This document shows, one piece after another, positions 21,502 to 31,784 of a DNA stretch of 64,000 nucleotides. Both the position numbers and the translations under genes were made by a program. The notes beneath the pieces were generated by a model, which was given only the letters and a program-made list of their open reading frames with translations, was not told the DNA's origin and searched no databases. The stretch covers positions 128,001 through 192,000 of the forward strand of contig CAWABA010000011.1 of the NCBI GenBank assembly GCA_963780185.1, given 5' to 3'. This stretch comes from Candidatus Bathyarchaeota archaeon. GTDB taxonomy: Archaea; Thermoproteota; Bathyarchaeia; Bathyarchaeales; Bathycorpusculaceae. Within the stretch, counting starts at the first letter, position 1. Every line of letters starts with the position of its first letter.

Positions 21502-21852
21502 GTTCTGCGCCTTTACCCAGAATGTTTTAATCTCCTTATATTTTTGATTTTTGCAAGTTGGCAAATCGGAAAAATTTACCGATTTAAAGTGGAGGATGCC
21601 TCTACTAGACGTTGTGTTTTTGGAAAGAAGGAAAAACAATCCATCATCATCTTCATTATCATCAACAACAATTGCATGGACCGCTTAAGCTCCCCAACTC
21701 TTTCTTTCTCGCAGCCTAAACCCCGACGGGTCGGCGAGAATCAAATAGTATATTAATTCTCGACAAATGCGCCCGTGGCTTTGTCTTTTTAGGGGGATGG
21801 TACCTTGCAGGTCTCAGCCCACAAAGGGCTAGCGATGAGTGGGTTAATTCGC

Positions 21853-22338
21853 TCATTGCTTGTCGTACTTTTCTACTTCGTTGTTTACGATGGTTAAGTC
21901 AACACATGCCTGCTTGAACATTTCTATTGTGTCAGCGTCGGCATGGTAGCGTTTTTCGCAAACCACCCGCTTTATGCCAGCGTTGATTATTATCATGGCG
22001 CAGGTTCGGCAAGGCGTCATTTTGCAGTAAAGGGTTGCTCCTTCAAGGGGTATCCCAAAACGTGCTGCTTGGATGATTGCGTTTTGCTCCGCGTGAAGTG
22101 TACGAACACAGTGTTGAGTTACGTTGTCGTTGCTGTCGAAGACTTTACGCATGTCATGTCCCACCTCGTCACAATGCGGCAAACCGGCAGGGGCACCAAC
22201 ATACCCCGTGGTCATAATCCTTTTATCTTTAACGATCACGCATCCGCTTCTTCCGCGGTCACATGTTGCGCGCCTCGCTACGGCTTCGCATAAGTCCAAG
22301 AAATATCTGTCCCAGTTAGGTCTCGAATTAGTTTCCAA
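21853..22338 (-). CDS. dCMP deaminase family (ComEB-like)
   Basis: HAEQNA and PCRTC zinc motifs. Confidence 0.93.
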   Translation of the reverse strand: METNSRPNWDRYFLDLCEAVARRATCDRGRSGCVIVKDKRIMTTGYVGAPAGLPHCDEVGHDMRKVFDSNDNVTQHCVRTLHAEQNAIIQAARFGIPLEGATLYCKMTPCRTCAMIIINAGIKRVVCEKRYHADADTIEMFKQACVDLTIVNNEVEKYDKQ

Positions 22339-22412
22339 CGTGTTCAGCCTTCAACTGTTTTAGAGAAATATCTCTTCATAACCAATTAATAAGTTATCTG
22401 ACACTAAACCAT

Positions 22413-23708
22413 TTATTTTTGGTAGACGTGGATTTCTCTGCCAACTTTGTGCCGCTCGTCAACCTCAACTAGAGAAGCAAGACTCTCCAGCGCTTCTACC
22501 GCTTCCAGCTCCACCGGGAACATTTCTTTAGTAAAGGGTTGTACCCGTTTGAATCCGAGGCTCACGAGTTTCTCGCCAATTGGCATAGTCACCGGTTGCC
22601 CCGAACGGGAGATGATGTAGGGCGTTACGAGCACTAATCTTCCATCCTTTCTGAGCACCCTATAGGCTTCTTCAGCAAAACCAAAAAACAATGGTTCAAG
22701 TTTCTCAACGATTTTAAGCGCGTAGGGTCCCGTAGGCACCTGACGCAGCGCTGGACCCAAATCTGGTTCGGTAACAACGCAGTCAACCATTTCCCAACCG
22801 ATTTTTTGTGTTAGTTTGCTAACGTCACTTTGCACGACCCTAAAATCAGCACCTTCCAGATTGTACTCTCTTGTGAGCCACTCGAGATTTTCGGTAGCCG
22901 CCTTTACACACCAAGAATTAGCATCAACCCCTACGACCTTAGCCCTCGTCAATAACGCTTCCTGAAGAATTGTGCCCACGCCGCAGAACGGGTCAAGCAA
23001 GACTTTTTCAGGCGTGCAATCTGATAAATTGACCATTATTCGGGCGAGTCTAGGCGGCATTGCGAAGATTGTTCTTTGGTTAGGCTTGTAAATATCTCTT
23101 TTTTGGAATTCGAATGGGTTATGAACGCCAACAGTTGTTCCCACCCAAGTTTGCTGCTTGCCCATGCACAGTAACACTTCTGATTGGTTTTCAACCAGCT
23201 TCTTTTTTATCACTTCAACATGGCTTAGCTGCGGTAGCCCTCTGTCCTTCGAGAAACCCATGAACTTTGATTTCTTTCCGTAACCAGCCAGCTCATCCTT
23301 AACAGTGCTTCCGACAAACCTTTGGATAACCCCAGACATGGCGCGTAGGCTGCTGTCAGAAGTGTAGACGCTCACGCCAAAAAAAACCTTATTAGAAGAC
23401 TTAGCCATCCCGTCTACTAAACCGCTTGAATCCAATGCAGCGGCTATCTGTGACTGGGATTGCTTGTTTTTTTCAAGAAACGCTTGCCTTACAATCTGGG
23501 TTGGAAACTCTGTTTTGGCTTCGCCGATTTTTATGGTTCCCCCCAAATCTTCTATGGATAGGCTGGCATCTTGTTTTAAGTCAATTGCAAAAAATTCTTT
23601 AGAAAAAAAATTTACACTAAACTTTACTTCTTTCGCGTTCAAATAGGCGGTAACCTCCGCTAGCGAAAGTTTCCAGTTTTTTCCCGAAATGAATAGTTTT
23701 GTTGGCAT
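22413..23708 (-). CDS. Trm11/TrmG10-like tRNA methyltransferase
   Basis: PPRLARIMVNL, LDPFCGVGT, VTEP. Confidence 0.8.
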   Translation of the reverse strand: MPTKLFISGKNWKLSLAEVTAYLNAKEVKFSVNFFSKEFFAIDLKQDASLSIEDLGGTIKIGEAKTEFPTQIVRQAFLEKNKQSQSQIAAALDSSGLVDGMAKSSNKVFFGVSVYTSDSSLRAMSGVIQRFVGSTVKDELAGYGKKSKFMGFSKDRGLPQLSHVEVIKKKLVENQSEVLLCMGKQQTWVGTTVGVHNPFEFQKRDIYKPNQRTIFAMPPRLARIMVNLSDCTPEKVLLDPFCGVGTILQEALLTRAKVVGVDANSWCVKAATENLEWLTREYNLEGADFRVVQSDVSKLTQKIGWEMVDCVVTEPDLGPALRQVPTGPYALKIVEKLEPLFFGFAEEAYRVLRKDGRLVLVTPYIISRSGQPVTMPIGEKLVSLGFKRVQPFTKEMFPVELEAVEALESLASLVEVDERHKVGREIHVYQK

Positions 23709-23832
23709 CTGTGAATGAAAAAGTCAATTAACTATATAAGAAATCGCGCGCTTTTCAACCAGAATGCATTTCGAATGTAAATGATTACATATCAAAAATT
23801 AACGGAATTGTTAAGCTCGGACTTGCAAATCG

Positions 23833-23840
23833 TTTAAATA
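23833..23840 (+). promoter_or_regulatory. TATA box for rpl10e-ppsA
   Basis: TTTAAATA ending ~35 nt upstream of ATG 23875. Confidence 0.5.
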
Positions 23841-23874
23841 CCGCTGGATGAGTTAGCTAAAAAGGGATATTTGC

Positions 23875-24432
23875 ATGCATGCGCGAAATTATAGGCACGT
23901 GAAGAACCGAGCGTATACACGGAAAGAATACGCTAGAGGGTTTCCGCCTCCAAAAATAGTAAAATTCACAATGGGCGATACTAAGGCAACTTTTGAAATT
24001 CAGGGCCAGCTTATCGCCACCGAACGCGCTCAGATCCGCCATAGTGCATTGGAAGCCGCGCGTGTAGCTACAAACCGCGTCTTAATCGACAAACTCATAA
24101 ATGATTACCTCATGGTTGTTCACCCGTACCCTCACATAATCCTGAGAGAAAACAAGATGATTTTCGGCGCTCACGCTGACCGACTCCAGCAGGGAATGAG
24201 ACGTTCATTCGGAACAGCAATTGGCACCGCGGCAAAGGTAGAAGTGGGTCAACCCATCATCACCGTTAAGGTAAAAGCAGGAGCAGCTGAAACAGCTAAA
24301 GAATCCCTTAAAAGAGGCAGCGCAAAACTTCCTATCCCTTGCAAGATAGTAATCTCCAAGATTGAAGCTTCTCCAGACGTAACAGAGTCAGACGTAGCTG
24401 AGAAGGAACAACCGGAGACGGAGACTACTTGA
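23875..24432 (+). CDS. rpl10e: 50S ribosomal protein L10e (uL16)
   Basis: AYTRKEY, LEAAR, RENKM..GAHADRLQQGMR. Confidence 0.96.
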   Translation: MHARNYRHVKNRAYTRKEYARGFPPPKIVKFTMGDTKATFEIQGQLIATERAQIRHSALEAARVATNRVLIDKLINDYLMVVHPYPHIILRENKMIFGAHADRLQQGMRRSFGTAIGTAAKVEVGQPIITVKVKAGAAETAKESLKRGSAKLPIPCKIVISKIEASPDVTESDVAEKEQPETETT

Positions 24433-26864
24433 GCGCAAAAGGGAAAGAACTGGTTTTATGGTTTAACGAAGTAAGAAATACTGATGTTCATCTTGTCGGC
24501 GGCAAAAACGCCAGCCTCGGCGAAATGATCAACGCAGGATTGCCTGTTCCTCCCGGTTTTGCAGTAACAGCTTATTCTTATGAAAAGTATATTCAAGAAA
24601 AAAACATAGCTGAGAACATTTATAAAATAATAAATGAAACCGTAACGAACCCAAATGACCCTAAGCAGTACGATGTGGCTTCCAAAAAAATACGTGAACT
24701 TATCGAAAAAACTCCGATGCCTAAAGACATCGAAACCGCAATAAGATCGGCATACAAAGAATTGAACCAGCGGCTTGAATTGAAGGATACTTTTGTTGCA
24801 GTGCGGTCGAGCGCTACTGCGGAAGATTTGCCTGACGCGTCCTTTGCAGGTCAGCAGGAAACCTACTTGAACGTTAAAGGCGCCGATGAACTTATAGGCA
24901 GAGTAGTGAAGTGCTGGTCAAGTCTGTTTACGCCCAGAGCAATCTTTTACCGAAACGAAAAAGGCTTTCCACACGAGAAAGTTTTCATAAGCGTCGGGGT
25001 TCAAAAAATGGTCAACTCCGGCTGCGCTGGCGTCATGTTTACTATAAACCCTGTGACTGGAAATCAAGATGAAATCGTTATCGAAGGCAACTATGGTTTA
25101 GGAGAAACCGTGGTTTCAGGCGTAGTTAACCCTGATGACTTTGTCATCGACAAGGCTTCTGTTTCCATTAAGGAAAGAAGAATTTCACGTAAAACAGTAG
25201 AGTACATCCGTGACCCTAAAACAGGAAAAACGGTTCATTTGGATGTTCCTGACGATAAGCAGAAAGTAACTTGTATCAGTGACACAGAGATTTTGGCCCT
25301 TGCTGCACTTGCTAACCGCATTGAGAAACATTATGGAAAACCTATGGATATCGAATGGGCAATTGACCAAGACCTTCCATATCCAGAGAACATGTTCATA
25401 GTTCAAGCTCGCCCAGAAACTGTTTGGAGCTCAAAACAAATGGATACACCCATAAAAAGTGACGACCACAGAGCTGGAGAAGAACTAAAGGTAGTAGTGA
25501 GAGGTATTTCAGCTGGAAGAAGAGGCTACGGGGCAGGCAAAGCGACTGTTGTCCTAAACCCTGATGATGCAAATCGAGACATGCGTAAAGGAGACGTTCT
25601 CGTTACAGGCATGACTGACCCTGATTTTGTCCCCTTCATGAAAATGGCAAGCGCAATCGTTACAGACAAAGGCGGAATTACATCCCACGCTGCAATCGTC
25701 AGCCGTGAACTCAACATTCCATGTGTGGTTGGAACTGAAACAGCTACACAAGTAATGAAGACAGGTCAAGAATATACTGTTGATTCAAGAAACGGCATCA
25801 TCTACGAAGGCATTTTAGCGCAAGCTGTTCAACCAGCCGCAACAGCAACAAACGGATCCACCGTCTTTATGCAAGCAGAAGCCGCTCCTGTAACTGCTAC
25901 AAAAATTTACATGAATCTCGGAACTCCTGAGATGATTGAACAATACAAGAATCTGCCGTTTGAGGGCATTGGGTTAATGCGTACAGAATTCATCTTAGCC
26001 AGCGCCATAGGCAAGCACCCGATGGCGTTTGTTGATGAAGGTCAAAGCCTACAGTTCGTTGATAAACTCGCAGAGGGGATAGCTACTGTGGCTCGAACAA
26101 TTCAGCCTAAACCTGTTGTTGTTCGATTTAGCGATTTCAAAACAAACGAGTACAGAGGCTTGAAAGGCGGAGATAAATACGAAATAGTTGAAGAAAACCC
26201 GATGCTTGGCTGGAGAGGATGCAGTCGCTACATAAGCAAATGGTACATTCAAGCCTTCCGTCTCGAATGCCAAGCCATCAAGAAATGCCGCACGGAATGG
26301 GGGCTCAAAAACGTCTACGTTATGCTTCCGATGGTTCGTACGCTTTGGGAAGCCAAAAAAGTCATTGAAATAATGAAGGAAGAAGGCTTAGAACGCTCAA
26401 AGGACTTCAAGGTTTGGTTTATGGCGGAGACACCGTCAATCGCAATAATGGCTGATGAATTCTCGAAGTTAGTTGACGGCTTCTCCATCGGCTCAAACGA
26501 CATGACTCAGGGCATACTGATGATTGACCGTGACTCCGAACGCCTAGGGCAAATGGGTTACTTCGACGAAAGAGACCCAGCCGTAAAAAGAATACTTGCC
26601 CACCTAATCAAAGTCGCCCATGAAAACGGCTGCACAGTCTCAATCTGCGGCGAAGGACCCTCCAACCTCCCAGACTTCGCAGAATTCCTCGTCCGAGCAG
26701 GAATCGACAGCCTATCCGTAAACAACGACGCAGTCATAGCCACAAGAAAACACGTTGCAAGCGTAGAACAAAGAATTATTCTCGAACGACTCGCGGAGCA
26801 AGCAGCCTTAGCCCGTGGACAACCACTTAAGAAGCCAGTGCAAGACTGGGAATGGCCCCGCTGA
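24429..26864 (+). CDS. ppsA: Phosphoenolpyruvate synthase
   Basis: VGGKNASLGEM, RSSATAEDLPDASFAGQQ, GGITSHAAIVSRE, EENPMLGWRG. Confidence 0.97.
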   Translation: MSAKGKELVLWFNEVRNTDVHLVGGKNASLGEMINAGLPVPPGFAVTAYSYEKYIQEKNIAENIYKIINETVTNPNDPKQYDVASKKIRELIEKTPMPKDIETAIRSAYKELNQRLELKDTFVAVRSSATAEDLPDASFAGQQETYLNVKGADELIGRVVKCWSSLFTPRAIFYRNEKGFPHEKVFISVGVQKMVNSGCAGVMFTINPVTGNQDEIVIEGNYGLGETVVSGVVNPDDFVIDKASVSIKERRISRKTVEYIRDPKTGKTVHLDVPDDKQKVTCISDTEILALAALANRIEKHYGKPMDIEWAIDQDLPYPENMFIVQARPETVWSSKQMDTPIKSDDHRAGEELKVVVRGISAGRRGYGAGKATVVLNPDDANRDMRKGDVLVTGMTDPDFVPFMKMASAIVTDKGGITSHAAIVSRELNIPCVVGTETATQVMKTGQEYTVDSRNGIIYEGILAQAVQPAATATNGSTVFMQAEAAPVTATKIYMNLGTPEMIEQYKNLPFEGIGLMRTEFILASAIGKHPMAFVDEGQSLQFVDKLAEGIATVARTIQPKPVVVRFSDFKTNEYRGLKGGDKYEIVEENPMLGWRGCSRYISKWYIQAFRLECQAIKKCRTEWGLKNVYVMLPMVRTLWEAKKVIEIMKEEGLERSKDFKVWFMAETPSIAIMADEFSKLVDGFSIGSNDMTQGILMIDRDSERLGQMGYFDERDPAVKRILAHLIKVAHENGCTVSICGEGPSNLPDFAEFLVRAGIDSLSVNNDAVIATRKHVASVEQRIILERLAEQAALARGQPLKKPVQDWEWPR

Positions 26865-26936
26865 TACGGTTCAAAAAAGTTCGGGCTACTTCGTCTTTTT
26901 TTGCTTTTCTTCTTTTGTCAGTGGCTGGACTAAACT

Positions 26937-27938
26937 ATGAAGGGTTTTGATTTCGAGGAAGAACGGTTAAAGCAGGAGATAGCTAAGCTTGGAGCCAAGC
27001 GGGTTCTGCTTCAGCTACCTGAAGGATTAAAACCCCAAGCTCCGCGTCTGGCTGAAATTGTAGAGAAGGGGGGTGCCATAGCCATAATTTCTGCTGACCC
27101 ATGCTATGGCGCATGCGACATAGCTGCTGAAGAAGCGGAAAGTTTGGGTGTCGATTTGGTTGTGCATTTTGGGCACTCAAAATTTCTCAAACATGAGCGT
27201 GTTCCAACTATTTACATCGAGGTAAGGTCAAACGTACCTGTTGATGGGGCTGTGGAGCAGGCTTTGCCGCTTTTAGGCAAGTACGTTAAAATCGGTTTAG
27301 CCACTTCCGTGCAGCATTTGCACACGGTAACCAAAGCAAAAGAAATCTTGGCTAAGGCTGGAAAAACCGTGGTTGTCGGTGACAGCGGTCAACTAAGCTA
27401 TCCTGGTCAAGTCCTCGGCTGCAACTACAACAACGTGAAATCAATAGCAGATGAAGTGGACGCTTTCCTGTTCATCGGCGGCGGCTTGTTCCACGCATTG
27501 GGCGTCGCTTTGAACACTTCCAAGCCAACCGTCGTTGCTGACCCATACGATAACAGGGCTTTCTCAATTGACGAAGAAGCCCAAAAAATCATCAAGCAAC
27601 GCTGGGCAAGCATTGAAGAAGCGCGGAACGCAAAAAACTTCGGCGTTCTCATCGGCTTAAAACCTGGGCAAAAAAAGATTGACCAAGCCTTAAAAATCAA
27701 GGATTTGGCGCAGAAACACGGAAACGCCGCCTATCTGTTGGCTGCAAAAGAAATTACTCCTGAAACATTCATGGAATTTCCATCCATCGACGCATATGTC
27801 AACACGGCATGCCCAAGAATCAGCCTTGACGCTCCAGGCAAGTTTTCAAAGCCTGTGTTAACCGTTAACGAGTTTATGGTGGTTGTTGGCGAATCTTCAT
27901 GGGAGAAAATGCTCAAAAAAGGATTATTCGAAAGCTAG
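26937..27938 (+). CDS. dph2: Diphthamide biosynthesis enzyme Dph2
   Basis: LQLPEGLK, CYGACD, VLGC, TACPR. Confidence 0.95.
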   Translation: MKGFDFEEERLKQEIAKLGAKRVLLQLPEGLKPQAPRLAEIVEKGGAIAIISADPCYGACDIAAEEAESLGVDLVVHFGHSKFLKHERVPTIYIEVRSNVPVDGAVEQALPLLGKYVKIGLATSVQHLHTVTKAKEILAKAGKTVVVGDSGQLSYPGQVLGCNYNNVKSIADEVDAFLFIGGGLFHALGVALNTSKPTVVADPYDNRAFSIDEEAQKIIKQRWASIEEARNAKNFGVLIGLKPGQKKIDQALKIKDLAQKHGNAAYLLAAKEITPETFMEFPSIDAYVNTACPRISLDAPGKFSKPVLTVNEFMVVVGESSWEKMLKKGLFES

Positions 27939-28600
27939 ATTTAGAGCGGTTTCTCACAAAAATTGCCCCTCAACCCAGCCCGCAAGCCCGCCTTGAACAA
28001 TATACCATTACTGAGCCTGTTGCTTCAACTATGCTTTACCTCGCTGCCTATGCGAACAGCGATGTCGTTGGGAAATCTGTTTTGGATTTAGGCTGCGGAA
28101 CAGGCAGACTTTCCTTAGGAGCGGCGTACCTTGGGGCTCAAACGGTCGTCGGCGTCGACATCGATAGACGGGCCATTGAAACAGCAAACGAAAACGCGCA
28201 GAAACTTTGCTTAAGAGAGAAAGTTCAATGGGTCATCGGCGACATCCAGTCAGTCGCAGGACACTTTGATACGGTTTTGCAGAATCCGCCTTTCGGAGTG
28301 CAAACCCGCGAGGCTGACAGGGCATTCTTAGTCAAAGCTTTAGAATCGGGAAACTCCGTTTACTCACTGCATAACCACCCGGAAATTGACGATCGACTCA
28401 TTCGGCAGCTTAAGTCAAGCGGCGGGTTCTTGCAGGTTGAGCCTTCTCCCTTTTTGGAGCGGTTTGTTGCCAAACATGACGGCTCAGTTAAGGCTGTTTA
28501 CGCGATGCTTATGACGATTCCTAAGCTTTTTGATTTCCACACGAAGCTCAAACACGATTTTGTCGTTGACTTATACGTGATTGAAGCGTCTAAACCCTAA
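27899..28600 (+). CDS. METTL5 family methyltransferase
   Basis: LEQY, DLGCGTG, NPPFG, VYSLH. Confidence 0.9.
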   Translation: MGENAQKRIIRKLDLERFLTKIAPQPSPQARLEQYTITEPVASTMLYLAAYANSDVVGKSVLDLGCGTGRLSLGAAYLGAQTVVGVDIDRRAIETANENAQKLCLREKVQWVIGDIQSVAGHFDTVLQNPPFGVQTREADRAFLVKALESGNSVYSLHNHPEIDDRLIRQLKSSGGFLQVEPSPFLERFVAKHDGSVKAVYAMLMTIPKLFDFHTKLKHDFVVDLYVIEASKP

Positions 28601-28744
28601 CAAATTTCTTTGGCTTTCGTCTGGAATTTACGTGGTATATTAATCAAAAGGTTTATTGATAAGATTGGAAACTAAGCATATGCATTTATCAAATAAGAAT
28701 GCTTTAGCTTATTTAAGAGTAATAAAGAGTAAAAGGGAAACTGT

Positions 28745-29326
28745 ATGAGTCTAAAGTCACCTCAACAAAAAAGCGGTCATTTAGTTGTGCCTGGCGAACG
28801 CTTAGGCGTTATTGAAGAGTTCGTTCCAGACTCGGGAACATACGTTAAAGACGGCGTCATCTTCTCCAAAATCGTGGGACGCTCACTGGTTGATTTGCAG
28901 AGCCGACGCGTCTCCGTCTACCCAGCTGTTGAAGGCGCAGTTTACCCGAAAGTTTCGGGCACGGTCTTGGGGCAAGTGGGAAACGCACAATCTGACAACG
29001 TTTTGGTAAAGATTTTCAAGGTGGGGAACAAAAAGATTTCAGGCGAGTTCGGCGGGATCCTTCACATTTCTGATGTTTCCGACAGATACGTTACTTCGAT
29101 GAATGACGTTTGCAAGCCCGGAGACATCGTCAGGGCTAAGGTAATCAGCGAAAAAAACCGCGTCTTCCACCTAACAACCAACGACAAAAACTTAGGCATC
29201 GTTGACGCTTTCTGCTCCAGATGCGGCAACTTGTTGGAGCCAGACCGATATGAACTGCGTTGTCCAAAATGCGGCAACATCGAAAAACGTAAGTTGGCTC
29301 CTGACTACGGAAAGGAACCGCTATAG
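28745..29326 (+). CDS. csl4: Exosome RNA-binding subunit Csl4
   Basis: VVPGERLG, S1 domain, CSRC...CPKC...EKRK. Confidence 0.95.
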   Translation: MSLKSPQQKSGHLVVPGERLGVIEEFVPDSGTYVKDGVIFSKIVGRSLVDLQSRRVSVYPAVEGAVYPKVSGTVLGQVGNAQSDNVLVKIFKVGNKKISGEFGGILHISDVSDRYVTSMNDVCKPGDIVRAKVISEKNRVFHLTTNDKNLGIVDAFCSRCGNLLEPDRYELRCPKCGNIEKRKLAPDYGKEPL

Positions 29327-29335
29327 CGAGGTTGA

Positions 29336-29623
29336 GTGGGTTTGAAAATTAACGTCGTGAAGAAATCTGGCAACGAGCTGAAAATAGAAATCGTCGGCGG
29401 AAGCCACGGAATTTGCAACTTGTTAACCAAGCGGCTCCTAGAAGATAAGACGGTGGAGTTTGCAGGCTACGATTTGCCGCATCCTTTAGCGTCAAGTCCC
29501 AACATCTACATCAGGATGAAGGGCAAAACTAAGGCTGAAGATGCGTTGCTTAAAGCGGTTGAGAAAGTCCGCGATACAAATGACGCCTTTAGCAAAGAGT
29601 TAGACCGCGTTCTGAAAGCCTAG
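29336..29623 (+). CDS. rpo11: RNA polymerase subunit Rpo11 (L)
   Basis: H..CNLL, FAGYDLPHPL. Confidence 0.93.
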   Translation: MGLKINVVKKSGNELKIEIVGGSHGICNLLTKRLLEDKTVEFAGYDLPHPLASSPNIYIRMKGKTKAEDALLKAVEKVRDTNDAFSKELDRVLKA

Positions 29624-29725
29624 TTGGCTTTATCTTAATCCTTTTTAACTTTGTTTTTGCCTATTCGGGTGCTTTTAGCTTTTAGTTTAAAAGCTGAAAC
29701 TTGCTATTTGTTTTCGGGACCTGTT

Positions 29726-30304
29726 TTGGAGCCAAAGCAATTTCGAGTTTTAAAATCTGAAATCCGCGTTTTAGGCGTCGACGACGGCAAATTCGCACCG
29801 CGTACAATTGGCGAAGTGATTGTTGTGGGCGTTGTTTTCCGGGGAAGCGGCTCAATCGACGGTGTGATGCATACCCACGTTGCAATTGACGGTTTCGACG
29901 CTACTGAAAAGCTGGCTTCCATGATTAACGGTTCGCGTCACCACAAACAGCTGCGCGTGGTAATGTTGAATGGGATAACGTTTGGTGGATTTAACGTTGT
30001 GGATATTAAGAGGCTTAATTTGGCAACCGGGGTTCCCGTCATCGCGTTGACTTCTGAAAAGCCCGATTTAGAAGCCGTCCGCAAAGCGCTAAGTAACTTG
30101 CCTAAAAGCGGGGAACGGTGGAAAATGGTTCTTGAGGCGGGGGAAATCCATGAAGTAACTTGCAAGGGCAAGAAGCTCTACATGGAGCTCGCGGGTATCT
30201 CCGTGTCCGACGCGCAGGAAATCGTGGAGTTGACTGCTGCTAGAAGCTGTTTGCCTGAGCCGCTTCGTGTTGCGCATCTTGTCGCCTCTGGTGTTAGTCT
30301 CTGA
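29726..30304 (+). CDS. DUF99 / endonuclease dU family protein
   Basis: IRVLGVDD, GITFGGFNVVD, PEPLRVAHL; start uncertain. Confidence 0.88.
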   Translation: MEPKQFRVLKSEIRVLGVDDGKFAPRTIGEVIVVGVVFRGSGSIDGVMHTHVAIDGFDATEKLASMINGSRHHKQLRVVMLNGITFGGFNVVDIKRLNLATGVPVIALTSEKPDLEAVRKALSNLPKSGERWKMVLEAGEIHEVTCKGKKLYMELAGISVSDAQEIVELTAARSCLPEPLRVAHLVASGVSL

Positions 30305-30385
30305 TTTCGCGTGATTTAGAAAAGGTTTAAAAGGTACAGTGCTAAGGGAATCAAAAACGGACACGAATATTGGAGTTCGGGAAAT

Positions 30386-30736
30386 ATGGAATTTTGCCCT
30401 AAATGTGGTTCTCGTCTTGAGCCTAAGAAAACCAAGGCTGGTAAAGAGGCTTCCTTAGTTCTCGCGTGCCCGAAATGCGGATACAAGAAGCCGGAAGATG
30501 GCGAAAAAGTTGAAGTGGTGCCGAAAGTTATTCAGCATAACCCTCAACAGTTTGTAGCCGTCATCGGAAAAGAAGAACAGAAACTGAGCACCTTGCCAAC
30601 TGTGCGGATTGAATGTCCAAGGTGTGGAAACAACACCGCGTACGTTTGGCAAGTGCAGACAAGAGGCGCAGATGAATCTTCAACCCAGTTTCTACGCTGC
30701 ACCAAATGCAACTACACCTTCAGAGAATACAGCTAA
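30386..30736 (+). CDS. tfs: Transcription factor S
   Basis: FCPKCG...CPRC...QTRGADE...CTKC. Confidence 0.95.
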   Translation: MEFCPKCGSRLEPKKTKAGKEASLVLACPKCGYKKPEDGEKVEVVPKVIQHNPQQFVAVIGKEEQKLSTLPTVRIECPRCGNNTAYVWQVQTRGADESSTQFLRCTKCNYTFREYS

Positions 30737-31027
30737 ACATCTTTTTTCAGCGCAGCTCCCCGAGGCTTACGGAGTTGCTTGAGCTTGTATATGCAAAGTG
30801 TATATGCTTTCTGTAGATGCTTTCCCCTCCTATAGGCGCCGTTTAACGCAGATAAAATCGCCCAACCATGCCGCCGTAAGCAAATTGCCAGGCATCAGAT
30901 GATTTCTCGATTTTTATGTTGCCAAGCGCATGTTTTTGGGTTGGGTTATGGCAATTTTTATTAGCTAAAAGCGTAATCACAAGCTATATAACTTTACAGG
31001 ATTATGCAATAGGCGAGGAAGAGAAAG

Positions 31028-31783
31028 ATGTTCAAGCTTAAAGTGTCCGATGCTAAACTCCTAAGAGACATGGCTACAGCCATCTCCATCCTAGTTGACG
31101 AAGCCACCTTCAAAATCGAACCTGAAGGCATGAAACTTCGAGCAATGGATCCCTCTAGAGTGGCTATGATTGATTTTGAATGGCCAAAATCCATCTTCCA
31201 AGAATACACCTCCACAGAACCCGCAAAAATATGCCTAAACATCAGCGAACTGCTTAAACTCCTCAAACGTGCGGGAAAAGATGAGGCAGTAGAATTATCG
31301 CTTGACGACAAAACAGGTCGGTTGCTAGTAGCGATAACTGGCAAATACAACAGAAACTTCACGATGCCGACTTTGGAAGCCTCAGAAGAAGAGGTACCTA
31401 CTCCGAAAATAACCTTCAACGTCAAAGCCAAAACTACCACCCAAGGCTTAAGCCAAGCAATCGAAGACGCGCAGCTGGTAAGCGACCACGTCCGCATCGA
31501 AGCAGAACCCGAAAAATTGACTTTGAGTGCATCAGGCGACTTGATGGGTGCAACCATAGTTTTACAGAAAGGCACCGACGCGCTGCTTGATTTGGAAGTC
31601 AAAGAAACCGCGAAAGCAACTTTCAGCCTAAGTTACCTCTCAGAAATCATAAAAGCCGCTTCAGCAACATCCGAGATTGCGACGCTTGAATTCTCAACCG
31701 ACATGCCCGTGAAAATAGATTTCCAGCAAACAAAAGAAGGAAAACTGACTTTCTTCTTGGCGCCAAGAATAGAAACAGAATAA
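31028..31783 (+). CDS. pcn: PCNA sliding clamp
   Basis: AMDPSRVAM, LAPRIE. Confidence 0.97.
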   Translation: MFKLKVSDAKLLRDMATAISILVDEATFKIEPEGMKLRAMDPSRVAMIDFEWPKSIFQEYTSTEPAKICLNISELLKLLKRAGKDEAVELSLDDKTGRLLVAITGKYNRNFTMPTLEASEEEVPTPKITFNVKAKTTTQGLSQAIEDAQLVSDHVRIEAEPEKLTLSASGDLMGATIVLQKGTDALLDLEVKETAKATFSLSYLSEIIKAASATSEIATLEFSTDMPVKIDFQQTKEGKLTFFLAPRIETE

Positions 31784-31784
31784 C

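Noticed and set aside
30737-31027. Hidden gene or ncRNA between tfs and pcn
   Set aside because: Only a short hairpin (GCAGCTCC/GGAGTTGC) and no credible ORF.
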